DNA of 64,000 nucleotides, from positions 128,001 through 192,000 of the forward strand of contig CAVVXN010000001.1 in NCBI GenBank assembly GCA_963752285.1, given 5' to 3'. Every line of letters starts with the position of its first letter. The stretch's first letter is position 1. Both the position numbers and the translations under genes were made by a program. The notes under the pieces were generated by a model. The model saw only the letters and a list, made by a program, of their open reading frames with translations. It ran no database searches and had not been told where the DNA came from. This DNA is from an uncultured Planctomycetota bacterium. GTDB taxonomy: Bacteria; Planctomycetota; PLA2; JAEUHO01. This document shows, piece by piece, positions 38,328 through 48,195 of this stretch.

Positions 38328-39602
38328 ATGGGCGACATCGGCTCCCCGCAACGATTCCTCCTGCTCCTGGGGCTCGCGTTCTTCCTCGGGCTCGCGTTCG
38401 AGGGCTTCTACTGGAAGAGCGCGTCGAGCCGGCCCGGCGGCATCCGCACCTTCCCGCTCCTGGCCCTCGCCGGCGGCCTGCTCTACCTGCTGGAGCCGCG
38501 CTACGCCAGCGCCTTCGCCGTGGGCCTCGTGGTCCTCGGCGCGTGGCTCTACCCGTACTACCAGGTCGAGGTCTCGCGCGTGCCACCGGAAGGCACGCCC
38601 CCCGACGGGATCATGGTGCCGGTCGTCAACCTCGTGGCGTACCTCCTCGGCCCGGTGACGCTCGGGCAGCCGGTGTGGGCGGGCATCGGTCTGACCGTGG
38701 TGGCGGTCCTGCTCCTTCGCGCCCGCGAGCGGCTCCACGGCCTCGCGGCGAAGGTTCCGGGCGAGGAGATCATCACGGTCGGACAGTTCCTCGTGCTCAC
38801 GGGCATCGTCCTCCCGGTGCTCCCGCACGAGCCGTTCACCTCCCTCACCCCGCTCTCGCCCTTCCAGATCTGGCTCGCCGTCGTGGTGGTGTGCGCGCTC
38901 TCGTACGGCAGCTACCTCCTCCAGCGGTACGTGTCGCCGACGGGCAGCGTGCTCTTCGCCGCGATCCTCGGCGGCATGTACTCCTCCACCGCCACGACGG
39001 TGGTCCTCGCCCGCCGTGCGAAGGGCGCGCGCAGCCGGGCGAGGGGGCTCTCCGCGGGCATCGTCCTCTCGACGGCCGTGATGTACCTGCGGCTCGGCGT
39101 GGTCGTCGCGATCTTCGACACGGCGCTCGCCCTCACGCTGGCGCCCTACCTGATCGGATTGTTCCTCCTCGGCGCGGTCGCCGCGCGGGTGCTCCTCGGT
39201 CGGACCGTGCACGCGCCGACGTCGTCCTCCGAGCCGCCCCTTCTCCCCAAGAACCCGCTCGAGATCCCGGCGGCGTTGATCTTCGCCGTGCTCTTCCTCG
39301 TGCTGTCCATCGGAACGGCGTGGGCGCGTACCCACTTCGGGTCCACCGGCGTGTACGCGCTCGCGGCGGTGGTGGGCGTGGTGGACGTGGACCCCTTCGT
39401 GCTGAGCATCGCGCACCGGAGCGTCACGGGCCTCGGGCTCCCCGCCCTGGCCGCGGCGGTGCTGGTCGCGGCCTCTTCGAACGACCTCCTGAAGGCCGTC
39501 TACGCCGGCCTCTTCGGCGGCTGGCGGAGGATGCGCGGTCCGTTCGCGGCCCTCGCGGTCCTGGCCGTCCTCGGGTTCGTGTTCGCCCTCGTCCTGGCCT
39601 GA
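38328..39602 (+). CDS. MgtC/SapB plus DUF4010 membrane protein
   Basis: GGIRTFPL, IVLPVLP, GGMYSSTATT and GVVDVDPFVLS motifs. Confidence 0.88.
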   Translation: MGDIGSPQRFLLLLGLAFFLGLAFEGFYWKSASSRPGGIRTFPLLALAGGLLYLLEPRYASAFAVGLVVLGAWLYPYYQVEVSRVPPEGTPPDGIMVPVVNLVAYLLGPVTLGQPVWAGIGLTVVAVLLLRARERLHGLAAKVPGEEIITVGQFLVLTGIVLPVLPHEPFTSLTPLSPFQIWLAVVVVCALSYGSYLLQRYVSPTGSVLFAAILGGMYSSTATTVVLARRAKGARSRARGLSAGIVLSTAVMYLRLGVVVAIFDTALALTLAPYLIGLFLLGAVAARVLLGRTVHAPTSSSEPPLLPKNPLEIPAALIFAVLFLVLSIGTAWARTHFGSTGVYALAAVVGVVDVDPFVLSIAHRSVTGLGLPALAAAVLVAASSNDLLKAVYAGLFGGWRRMRGPFAALAVLAVLGFVFALVLA

Positions 39603-39762
39603 GGTCCCGACGCCGGCTCCAGGGAAATCGGGCCGCGCGAGGGCCACGAGGGCGTATCCGCCCGTGCCGAGGCGGCCGCGACCCTCGTGATCCGACGCTC
39701 CGACCGGTCCGGTCGCTCGACCCGCTCGCTCGCGGCGCGGGACCCCCCGGCCGATGTCGTCG

Positions 39763-39915
39763 TCACAGCCAGCCGATGAGGAAGAGGACGAGCAGGAGCA
39801 CCAGGATGAAGCCGAGGGCTCCGCTCGGTCCGTACCCCCAACGACGGCTGTACGGATACGCCGGGAGCGACGCGAGCAGCACGACGAGGATGATCAGGAG
39901 GATGAGCCAGCTCAC
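39763..39915 (-). CDS. DUF3309 family small membrane protein
   Basis: ILLIILVVLLASLPAYPYSRRWGYGPSG..G.ILVLLLVL. Confidence 0.85.
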   Translation of the reverse strand: MSWLILLIILVVLLASLPAYPYSRRWGYGPSGALGFILVLLLVLFLIGWL

Positions 39916-40100
39916 GAGGCAGCTCCGTCGAGCCAGACGCGGCCCGCCGCGCCACGGACGTCGCGGGCCGGGAGCCCGGGCGACGTCCGCGGCCGGCGGA
40001 ACAGGCGCGCGATCGCGCGTCGTGTCGATAGGGCGCGGGCCAGCGTCACCAGCAGGAGGAAGGTGTAGAGAGACAGGCAGAGGAACAGGAACATTCGCAT
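39912..40100 (-). CDS. Possible small membrane-anchored protein
   Basis: Hydrophobic N-terminus, GGAG upstream, stop overlaps the DUF3309 start (GTGA). Confidence 0.35.
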   Translation of the reverse strand: MRMFLFLCLSLYTFLLLVTLARALSTRRAIARLFRRPRTSPGLPARDVRGAAGRVWLDGAAS

Positions 40101-40627
40101 CGCTCCGGGTCCCCGCACGGGACGCGCCAAGCCGGGCGCCGGGCCCCTCGGGCGGGACCAGCGACCCGTAGGCGCCCGCGCCGCGCCGCGGTTCCCGCCG
40201 CCTGCGGGCCGCGCGACGGGATCTTCGACCCGGGGAACGCGCGGCCCCGTCCTCGGATCGTCCCGCGCACGTCGCGCACGACCGGCCCGGATCCTGCCGT
40301 GCCGTGCCGTGCAGGCCTTGCCGACCGTCACCGCCGACGCCTCCGAGCGGCCGGATGGCCGCCCGCCCGGCATCGGGAGCGCGGTGCGCGTAGCGCATGG
40401 CTACGGACACCTTCGGCATCAGAGGCCGGCTGTCCGCCGCGCACGGGTGACCTCGGCCGCCCGCCGTATTCAGGTCGACCCTCGCGTCCTCGAGTCGTCG
40501 GAGCCTCGTCTTGGTGCGCGAGACGCGGGCCACCCCGTTCGCGGCACCCGGGTTGTGCCCACGACCCGCAAGGGGTAGGGTTCTCGCAGCTACCGTCTTG
40601 GTCTTGGCCGCTGGGGAAGGACGCATC

Positions 40628-41602
40628 GTGGCTCGATTCCGTTGGACCCTGGGATTGCTCGTCCTGGCGCTCCACGCCACGGCCTGCGGAACGGGCGGGC
40701 GTGAGCGGAGAGCCGTGGCGTACTGGGTGAGCTCTTCGAACGGCAGCGACTCGAGTCCCGGCAGCTCCACGGAACCCTTCCGGACCATCACGCACGCGCT
40801 CTCCGTCGTGAGTGTCGGGGAGATCATCAACGTCGCGCCGGGCGTCTACGACGTGAAGAACGGTGAGATCTTCCCGCTGGTCGTCCCCGTCAACGTCACG
40901 TTGCGGGGCGACACCGCCAATGCGGGCATGCCCACCGCCGGACAGGCGACCCTCGTCCAGGGCTCCGGGCCGAGCGGACTCCCGTCCCCGAGCACGGCCA
41001 CGCTGCGAGCGCTCGCCGGCGCGCGCATCGCCGGTCTCTACGTCGTGAACCCCGAGGTTGCAGATGGTCCGAGGCGTGCGATCGGAATCTTGATCCGCGC
41101 TGCGTTCGTCGAGGTGGACGCCTGCACGATCTCGGAATGCTCGGAGGGGATCATGTTCGTCGGGAGCCCGAGCACGGCCGCCGAGCCCACCCGATGCGTC
41201 GTGAAGCGAAGCCATCTCGTGGGAGACCTCGTCGGGATGGACGCGGACGTGTACAAGGCGACGGGCGTGCGCGTGGAGGGGAACCACTTCGAGGAGTGTC
41301 AAACGGGCGCCACGGCTGACGGCACGGGCGTGGACTTCGGTGGCGGCCCGCAGGGAAGCACGGGCGAGAACGTGTTCCGGTGCAACGACGTGCACATCCT
41401 TGCCTTCGGAGCCCAGATCGGGGACTTGAGGGTCGACCCGTACTTCCTCTGGGCCAGCAACAACCAGTGGGATCCCGCTCCTCCGCCCATCCTGCCCTTT
41501 CTGGAGACGAGCTTCACCCCGGAGACGGGCGAGATCGGCTACCTCCAGGGCGTGACCGTCATCGTCTTTCCCGCCTTCGCGGCCGCCCCCTGCCCGCAGT
41601 GA
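40628..41602 (+). CDS. DUF1565/right-handed beta-helix lipoprotein
   Basis: Lipobox ATAC; YWVS..GSD..PGS..EPFRTITHAL and INVAPGVY....GEIFPL motifs. Confidence 0.8.
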   Translation: MARFRWTLGLLVLALHATACGTGGRERRAVAYWVSSSNGSDSSPGSSTEPFRTITHALSVVSVGEIINVAPGVYDVKNGEIFPLVVPVNVTLRGDTANAGMPTAGQATLVQGSGPSGLPSPSTATLRALAGARIAGLYVVNPEVADGPRRAIGILIRAAFVEVDACTISECSEGIMFVGSPSTAAEPTRCVVKRSHLVGDLVGMDADVYKATGVRVEGNHFEECQTGATADGTGVDFGGGPQGSTGENVFRCNDVHILAFGAQIGDLRVDPYFLWASNNQWDPAPPPILPFLETSFTPETGEIGYLQGVTVIVFPAFAAAPCPQ

Positions 41603-41830
41603 GTCGCGTCCCTTCCGCGCGGGGGCTTCCCCGCCCGTCCCGCACGGCCACCACGCACGCCAAGGCGGGCGCAGGGAGTTCCCGAGCTCGGGCGCCCGGC
41701 GGGGTTCGCGCCCCACGTTCCGACGGCCCGGGCACGACCGCTGGCTCCGAGCATCCACGTCGGGGCTGAACCCCGAACCGTCGGCGACGTCCAACGGAGG
41801 GCGCGACCTCACCGTCCGTGAGGACTCCCC

Positions 41831-43633
41831 ATGCGAAGTATCTGGCCCGTGTTCCTCCTCCTCGTGGCGGCAAGCGACGTCGAGGCCGCCCGCGAGCGGC
41901 AGATGGCCGCGGGCGCCCGGATCCGCCTCGAACCCGACCGTACGGTGTGGCGACTCGGCGAGAACGTGATCGTTCGCTACATCGTCGAGAACGCGAGCGA
42001 CGAGCCCTTCACCGTGGACTGGGGAGGGGACTCGCGCGCTATCCGGCCTATCCGCAACATCGTGCAGGTCTACGACGCGGACGGGAGCCTCCTCGAAGAT
42101 CCCTGGCCCGATCCCCCCTGCTTCGGGGGGCCAGGCGGCGAGAGCGAGGTCACGATGTCGAAGCCCCTCGTGATCGAGATCGCGGTGCCGCGCTACCGCG
42201 TCTTCGCGAAGCCGGGCACGTACCGCATTCGCGTCGCCCACGACCTGGGCTGGGACGCCGTCGAAGACGGCGGGCGGGACGCTTGGATGGATGGGTGGGT
42301 CCCCGCCGAGGACGATCCCCGGTGGGCCGAGACGACGATCGAGATCTTCGAGCCGCCGGCCGACCGCATCGACGCGGTCCTCGACGTGATGAGCGCTCAG
42401 CCCAAGCGCGGCGATCAGACCATGCTGCGGAGGAACCGCGCATGGTCCGACTTCCTGACGATCCGGGACCCCGCCTACCTCCCCGCGCTCGTGAAACGGG
42501 CGCGGGCTCGGGGGAAATGGGATCCGTGGTGGCTCGAGGGGATCCGGAGCATCGAGACGCCGGAGGCCACGAAGGCCCTCGTCCGTCTGCTCTCCGAGGA
42601 GACGAGCGAGGCCCGCGCGGCCGCCCTCCTGGACCGTGTGCCCCTGCCGGATCGCATGCCCGCCGTCATCGAGTCCATCTCCCCGGTAGGTCCGGACCGT
42701 TCCATCCAGTCGCGCCTCGTGGAGAAGGCCTGGCGCGAGGCGTTCGCGGAACCTGCGCGTGCGTGGGCGAGGAAGAACCTCGGTGGTCGCTACGCGGGGC
42801 GGATCCCGCACTACGCGGCGTACATCCTGGCCTCCGCGGGGACGCCCGAGGACCTGCCGGCCTTGGAGGACGGTCTCGACCAGGCGCTCCAGTACGCAAG
42901 CGCCGATCCCAAGCGGCTGGCCGACGCGTCCGAGCGCGGACGGCTGGCGATGCTCTACCTCGCGATCCGGCAGCTCTACCGGCGAGGGGCGAAGCCGCCT
43001 GCGGATCCCGAGAAGCCGTTCGAGATCGCCCTCGCGCTCCTCTGGATCCAGGAGAAGGGCGTCGAGGGACTGGCGCCCTACGCGAAGCAGGTGGAGGCGG
43101 GACTGACGCACGAAGAGACCGCCATCCGGGATCTCACGCTGCGATGCCTTCCCAGACCACTCCCCGATCTCGCCTTGGAACACCTGCCTGTGCTGCTGCA
43201 GGACCCGGACAGAGAGGTTCGCATCGGCGCACTCCAGGCCGTTGGAGAGACGAAGGACGCGCGGTTCCGGCCCCTCGTAGCGGCGCAGCTCCGGGCGGCC
43301 GACGACTCCGGGTGGATGTTGACGGCCGAGGCGGCGGCGGAGGCTGTCGGGCTCGACGGGATCGACCGCGCGCGCATCCACGTCGAGAGGCTCGGAGAGG
43401 CGTCGCAATTCGCCCTCCGGTTCGGTCAGCTCCTGTGGGTGGTCGGGAACGTGGGGTACAGCACTTCGGGCGTCCCCGACGCCGACGAGCGCGCCCGCTT
43501 GCAGAGAGCGTGGACGGCGTTCCTGGACGCGTACGGCGACGCCTTGCGGAAGGGGAAGCGCTTCTCGCCGACGGACCCGGAGGTCGAGCCCCTCATCCCC
43601 TCGACGCTCCAGATCTCTCCCTCGGAGCGCTGA
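41831..43633 (+). CDS. Secreted protein: beta-sandwich-like N-domain plus HEAT repeats
   Basis: Signal-like N-terminus; PGTYRIRV strand; LPVLLQDPDREVRIGALQAVG; GAGG RBS. Confidence 0.7.
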   Translation: MRSIWPVFLLLVAASDVEAARERQMAAGARIRLEPDRTVWRLGENVIVRYIVENASDEPFTVDWGGDSRAIRPIRNIVQVYDADGSLLEDPWPDPPCFGGPGGESEVTMSKPLVIEIAVPRYRVFAKPGTYRIRVAHDLGWDAVEDGGRDAWMDGWVPAEDDPRWAETTIEIFEPPADRIDAVLDVMSAQPKRGDQTMLRRNRAWSDFLTIRDPAYLPALVKRARARGKWDPWWLEGIRSIETPEATKALVRLLSEETSEARAAALLDRVPLPDRMPAVIESISPVGPDRSIQSRLVEKAWREAFAEPARAWARKNLGGRYAGRIPHYAAYILASAGTPEDLPALEDGLDQALQYASADPKRLADASERGRLAMLYLAIRQLYRRGAKPPADPEKPFEIALALLWIQEKGVEGLAPYAKQVEAGLTHEETAIRDLTLRCLPRPLPDLALEHLPVLLQDPDREVRIGALQAVGETKDARFRPLVAAQLRAADDSGWMLTAEAAAEAVGLDGIDRARIHVERLGEASQFALRFGQLLWVVGNVGYSTSGVPDADERARLQRAWTAFLDAYGDALRKGKRFSPTDPEVEPLIPSTLQISPSER

Positions 43634-43743
43634 CCGCAGGATTCTTCTCCGGCTGGGCGATTCCCCCTGCGCACCTGAACGCCGACCTCTGGACGGTCGC
43701 CTCCCTCGAGGCAGCGTGAGGCAGCCGGGCCTGGCCGGGTCCT

Positions 43744-44268
43744 TCATTTGGGGATGTCGTAGCGCTCCTCGAGCACGCCGCGGTGGTGGAGCTCGTGGCC
43801 GGCGATGATCCAGGCGATCGCACCGGTTTGAAACCCCACTTCGGATGCCGTACCGCGGCTCTGCCACTGCTTGTCCGAGAGAGCGCGAAACAGCGTCACC
43901 GTACTCTTGCGAATCGCGACGAGGTCCGCCAGGACCGCCGAGAACGGCTGCTCGTCGAAGCGCGATCCGTTCATCCAGATCTCCTGATCCATCCCGGGAA
44001 TGGCCTGCAGGTCGCCTCGAGAGAAGGCGAGGGCGCGGTAGGCAAACACCCGTTCACAGTCCGCGACGTGTCCGACCACCTGTTTCACGCTCCACTTGTC
44101 GCTTTGATATCGGAAGCCGGCCCGCGGTTCGTCGAGCGGCTCGAGGATCGCACGGGTCTCGACGATCTGCTTCTCCAGCTGTTCGACGACGTCGCCATCG
44201 GGGACTCTGTCGATGTAGGTGAAGTAGTACTCGTTGGTTTCGGCGGCTGTCGGGCGTCGCGTTCTCAT
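43744..44268 (-). CDS. DinB family protein
   Basis: YYFTYID, KWSVKQVVGHVADCER and IAGHELHH motifs. Confidence 0.9.
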   Translation of the reverse strand: MRTRRPTAAETNEYYFTYIDRVPDGDVVEQLEKQIVETRAILEPLDEPRAGFRYQSDKWSVKQVVGHVADCERVFAYRALAFSRGDLQAIPGMDQEIWMNGSRFDEQPFSAVLADLVAIRKSTVTLFRALSDKQWQSRGTASEVGFQTGAIAWIIAGHELHHRGVLEERYDIPK

Positions 44269-44403
44269 GGCCCGAGACTACCGCTTCGATGAGCGGTCGA
44301 GGTGTCGCGGTGGTCGGCGCGTCCCTCGACGTCCTCAACGACCCGGCGGCGACCCAGCGACCGAAGAACTCCGCCGCCGGATCGGCGCGTAGCAGCGAGA
44401 ATG

Positions 44404-44493
44404 TGGCGGAGGGAGAGGGATTCGAACCCCCGGTAGGTTTGACCCTACGCCGGTTTTCAAAACCGGTGCCTTCGACCGCTCGGCCATCCCTCC
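44404..44493 (-). tRNA. tRNA-Ser, anticodon UGA
   Basis: GGAGGGA/TCCCTCC acceptor stem, anticodon arm CCGGT-TTTGAAA-ACCGG, long variable arm, GGTTCGAATCC, discriminator G and encoded CCA. Confidence 0.97.
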
Positions 44494-44839
44494 GCGTTGT
44501 GGGACGCGGCCCATGCTATCGCGTGGACGGTCGCTCGCGCGGGCGCGTCGGTTCTCGCTCGGTGTCGAGTCGTCGAGGGGGCTCGCCCACGCCGTGTGCG
44601 ACGCGCAGGGGTGCACGAGGCCGTGATCCAGGGTCGAACGCGTCGTCGAGTGGGGCCACGGCGGTCCGTAGGGCGTGGCCGTACTCGAAACCCCTCCGGG
44701 AGCGCCGGGGGCTCGTCCGACCGTCGGTGGGACCCGAGGCCGGGGTGCGGCCTGGGACCGGCGCCGGGTGCGGGCCACGAGGGCCTGGGGAGACGGGACA
44801 GGCCTGAAATCTGGGCTCTCGGGAGTGTCCCCCCCATGT

Positions 44840-44854
44840 GTTCTCTTGTTGTTC
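44840..44854 (+). promoter_or_regulatory. GTTC-N7-GTTC box directly upstream of the HNH gene
   Basis: GTTC-TCTTGTT-GTTC ends 3 nt before ATG 44858. Confidence 0.4.
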
Positions 44855-44857
44855 GCA

Positions 44858-46378
44858 ATGAGCTGGCCCACCCACTGGTCGAATCCCGTCGCCGGCGCCT
44901 GGAGGGAGGACGAGGTCGTCGCGATGCTCCCCGAGGCCGTGAAGGAGGCGCGGGAAAGCCAGATGCGGCAGGCGCGGATCCTCGTGAAGGTGGACGTGTC
45001 GGGCCATCACCGAACGGCCGGCGCGGCGAGCATCGAAGGCTTCGCGCTTCGCTTCGGGCTGGGGCCGCGCGAGACGCGCGACCTCGTCCGTCTGGGGTAC
45101 CTCCTTCGGCGCTGCCCGGAGGCCGAGGACGCCTTCGTGAACGGCCGTCTGCCGCTCGAGTCGGCCGGTTGGCTGTACCTCATCCTGCAGCCCGTCGGCG
45201 ACTCTCCTCCGGACGCGCGCCCTGCCCAGGGCTGGCTTGCGCTGGCGTGCCGGACCGCGCCCCGCGACTTCGGGGACCTCGTCCGTCGCGTCCGTGCGCA
45301 GCTGCGCACCGGCAGTCGCACGCTTTCCATCTCGCTCCTCCTGGAGGAGGGGACGTTCGAGAAGTTCCGGCGCGCCAAGAAGGTGCTGCGGCACATGCGG
45401 AAGCACGCGGTGAGCGAGGACGAGCTGGTGGACGTCCTCTGCCAGGAGTTCCTCGACCGCCACGATCCCGCGCGCGTACCGTCCCGAACCCGGAAGGTGG
45501 TGCCGACCGATCGTCGCGGTCGTCACATCCCGGCGCACGTGCAGCGCGAGGTGATCGAGCGCGACGGGCTTCGCTGTTGTCACCCGGGCTGCGAACGGCC
45601 CGGGCCCTATCACTTCGGCCACATCGTTCCGTACGCCCTGGGGGGCGCGAACGACGCGGAGTCGATCGTCATCCAATGTTCCTGCCACAACGGGCTCGAG
45701 GAGGTCGGCATCGTCCGGCTCGTCGGCCCCGCGACGAACCTGGGGTTCCAGTACCGCTTCGGCGGCACGGACAAACCCTGGAGCCCCGTGGAGCGACCGT
45801 ACGGGCGTGGCGCCGAGGAACGCAGAGAGCGGTGGGCGCGGCTCCGGAAGAAGTACTACGCCGAGGGACGCCGGAATCCCGCCCTCCCTGCGCCGGGGGA
45901 GCCGTTTCGGCCCGAGCCGCCGCCCTCGACGGCAGTTCCGGCCGCCCCGGATCTGCCTGGCGACGACCCGCGCCGGTCGGAGATCCACCCGACCGCGCCT
46001 CCTCTGCAGGACACGGCATGGATCGTCGATCCGCTCGAGGCCGAGCCCGCCCGCGCCGAGCCGCGCGGTCGAGCCCACGCCGTCGCGGGCGTGCTCGCCT
46101 CGGAGCGAACCGGGCGCCCGTCGGACGATGGGCTCGAGACGGAGCCGCGCATCCCGATCCCGTATCTCGAGGCGCGCGATCCCGCGAAGCTCGATGGATG
46201 GCTGGAGGGCTGGTTCACGCGGTGGGCCGGAGGAGACGACGCATGCCAAGACCGCCTCGAACCGACGCCTGAGCCCGCCCGTACGCCTTGCGCGGCGGCG
46301 CCCGACGATCGAGCCGGGTGGCGGTCGGACGTTGGGGGACCTCGGGACCGGGGCGCACCGAGCGAGCATCCGCCGTAG
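44858..46378 (+). CDS. HNH endonuclease-domain protein (DUF222-like architecture) with low-complexity tail
   Basis: RHIPAHVQREVIERDG.RC..PGC, HIVPYALGG and CSCHN motifs. Confidence 0.8.
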   Translation: MSWPTHWSNPVAGAWREDEVVAMLPEAVKEARESQMRQARILVKVDVSGHHRTAGAASIEGFALRFGLGPRETRDLVRLGYLLRRCPEAEDAFVNGRLPLESAGWLYLILQPVGDSPPDARPAQGWLALACRTAPRDFGDLVRRVRAQLRTGSRTLSISLLLEEGTFEKFRRAKKVLRHMRKHAVSEDELVDVLCQEFLDRHDPARVPSRTRKVVPTDRRGRHIPAHVQREVIERDGLRCCHPGCERPGPYHFGHIVPYALGGANDAESIVIQCSCHNGLEEVGIVRLVGPATNLGFQYRFGGTDKPWSPVERPYGRGAEERRERWARLRKKYYAEGRRNPALPAPGEPFRPEPPPSTAVPAAPDLPGDDPRRSEIHPTAPPLQDTAWIVDPLEAEPARAEPRGRAHAVAGVLASERTGRPSDDGLETEPRIPIPYLEARDPAKLDGWLEGWFTRWAGGDDACQDRLEPTPEPARTPCAAAPDDRAGWRSDVGGPRDRGAPSEHPP

Positions 46379-46737
46379 CGCAGGCGAGGCTCCGTTTGCC
46401 GGCATGGCCAGGATTGCCCGGTCCCGGGTGCCAATTCGAGCCGGTGCGAGACCTCGGTCCGCGGCCGTCCGTCCCCCCTCATCGGCCCAGGTGCGGATGG
46501 GCATGCCGTATGCCTCCATCGGCGTCAGTGACGGAGAGCCCACGGCATGAAGAGCGAACGGACAACGATGGACTGAGCCGGGCCCGAGCGGGACGAGACC
46601 GCCGGACTGCCGACGACGGGGCGCTACGAGTCGGCATGCCGCCGTCCCGCTCGGGGGCTCGAGAGCGAGGGGTGCCCCGAGGTGGCGACACCTGCCCTCG
46701 CGACGAGCCGCTTTGCGTTTCGACGAGAGGAGATGTC

Positions 46738-46938
46738 ATGAACTGGGACCAAGTGAAGGGCAACTGGAAGCAGATCAAGGGCGAGGTGCAGCGTCAGTGG
46801 GGCAAGCTCACGGACGACGACCTCGCGCAGATCCGCGGCGAGCGCGAGGTGCTCGTCGGCCGGCTTCAGGAGCGATACGGGTTCGCGAAGGCCGAGGCCG
46901 AGCGCAGGCTCGAGGCCTGGGAGCGGTCCCGCGGGTAG
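46738..46938 (+). CDS. CsbD family protein
   Basis: MNWDQVKGNWKQIKG..WGKLTDDDL..LVGRLQERYG; AGGAG RBS. Confidence 0.95.
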   Translation: MNWDQVKGNWKQIKGEVQRQWGKLTDDDLAQIRGEREVLVGRLQERYGFAKAEAERRLEAWERSRG

Positions 46939-47007
46939 CGGGTCCGTGGTGACGCCAGATGACCCGAATGCGGGATGGCACCGGCGGCTCGCGGGCGCGC
47001 GGGCGGG

Positions 47008-47052
47008 CGCGTTGCGAAGACACGCGTTGCAAAGACACGCGTTGCGAAGGCA
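47008..47052. repeat. 3 x 15-bp tandem repeat CGCGTTGCRAAGRCA
   Basis: Units start at 47008, 47023 and 47038 and end 7 nt before ATG 47060. Confidence 0.85.
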
Positions 47053-47059
47053 TTCGCCC

Positions 47060-47626
47060 ATGACGGACACCCGGCCGATCGTCGTGGTGACCGGCGCGTC
47101 CGCGGGCGTCGGGCGGGCGACCGCGCGCCTCTTCGCCCAGCGCGGCTACGACGTCGCCCTCCTCGCGCGAGGCCACGACGGACTCGAGGCCGCGGCGGAT
47201 GACGTGCGCGAACGCGGGGGCACGGCCCTCGTCGTCCCGACCGACGTGTCCGACGCGAACGCAGTCGAGCACGCGGCGGACCAGATCGAACGAAAACTCG
47301 GGCCGATCGACGTCTGGGTGAACGACGCGATGGTGACCGTGATGTCGCGCATCGTAGACCTCGCCCCGAAGGGCGTCCGTCGCGTCACGGAGGTGACCTA
47401 CCTGGGCGTCGTGTACGGGACCCTCGCCGCGCTGCGCCGCATGCGGGCGCGCGACCGCGGCACGATCGTGCAGGTCGGCTCGGCGCTCTCGTACCGCGCG
47501 ATCCCGCGACAGGCGGCGTACTGCGCGGCCGAATCGTGGCCGGAGTCGCCTTCACCTTCGCCGTGGCGTCGGCGCTGTTCTGGCTCGCGCGCCGGTAGCG
47601 GAGCGCGGGCAATGCTCCCGTCGTGA
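47060..47626 (+). pseudogene. SDR oxidoreductase, truncated by internal deletion/frameshift
   Basis: TGASAGVG, VWVNDA and VQVGS motifs; YxxxK breaks off as YCAA-E. A hydrophobic tail (RIVAGVAFTFAVASALFWLARR*, stop 47598) follows in another frame. Confidence 0.8.
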
Positions 47627-47732
47627 ACCCTGCGGGCGCCCGCGCCCGCGGTCGCGCCCGCGGTCGCGGTCGTGGTCGCGGTCACGATCGCGTGAGGTGG
47701 TGGAGCAGCCCGCCCAGGCGCGCGAGCGGGCG

Positions 47733-48131
47733 TCAGAGGTTCGCGGCCTCGCGCATCACGTCGTCCGCGACGTAGATCGGCTTACCGACGGAGGTGGCGA
47801 GCGCGATCGCGTCGCTCGGCCTCGAATCGACCTCGACCACGGCGCCGTCGAGCCGGTGAAGGTGGATCTTCGCGTAGAAGGTCCCCTCCTTCAGGGACGT
47901 CACCTCGATCTTCTGGATGTCGGCGCCGGCGGCCTCGACGAGCGCGCCTGCGAGGTCGTGCGTCATCGGTCGGGAGAGCTTCACGCTCTTCACGAAACGG
48001 TCGATCGCCTGCGCCTCCTGGTACCCGATCACGATCGTCAGCTGACGCTCCCCCTCCTTCTCGCCGAGGGTGATGAACTGCTTGTCCCCGGTGTCGTTGA
48101 TCGTGATGCGCTGGAGCTCGACCTCGATCAC
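47733..48131 (-). CDS. Bifunctional nuclease (DUF151) family protein
   Basis: IVIG..EA.AI, RPMTHDL, GTFYA and DSRPSDAIALA motifs. Confidence 0.93.
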   Translation of the reverse strand: MIEVELQRITINDTGDKQFITLGEKEGERQLTIVIGYQEAQAIDRFVKSVKLSRPMTHDLAGALVEAAGADIQKIEVTSLKEGTFYAKIHLHRLDGAVVEVDSRPSDAIALATSVGKPIYVADDVMREAANL

Positions 48132-48195
48132 GCGCCGCTCCTCGAGAGGGGGAACGGAGAGGAATCCTACCAGGGCGCCGGCCGCGGTGTTTCAT

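Noticed and set aside
34751..40171. Very long Arg/Pro/Gly-rich ORFs in the track (also 47782..53028, 9445..13062, 40328..43867)
   Set aside because: Shadow frames of real genes, caused by stop-codon scarcity at high GC; no recognisable motifs.
44404..44493. tRNA with a long variable arm as possible tRNA-Sec (selC) serving the UGA gene
   Set aside because: The anticodon is UGA (reads UCA, Ser), not UCA, and the acceptor stem is the standard 7 bp. No sel genes are in this window.
47008..47052. Tandem repeat as a CRISPR array
   Set aside because: 15-bp units with no spacers and no cas genes.
47636..47695. (GCGGTC)-like low-complexity run between convergent genes
   Set aside because: Simple degenerate hexamer repeat without evidence of function.
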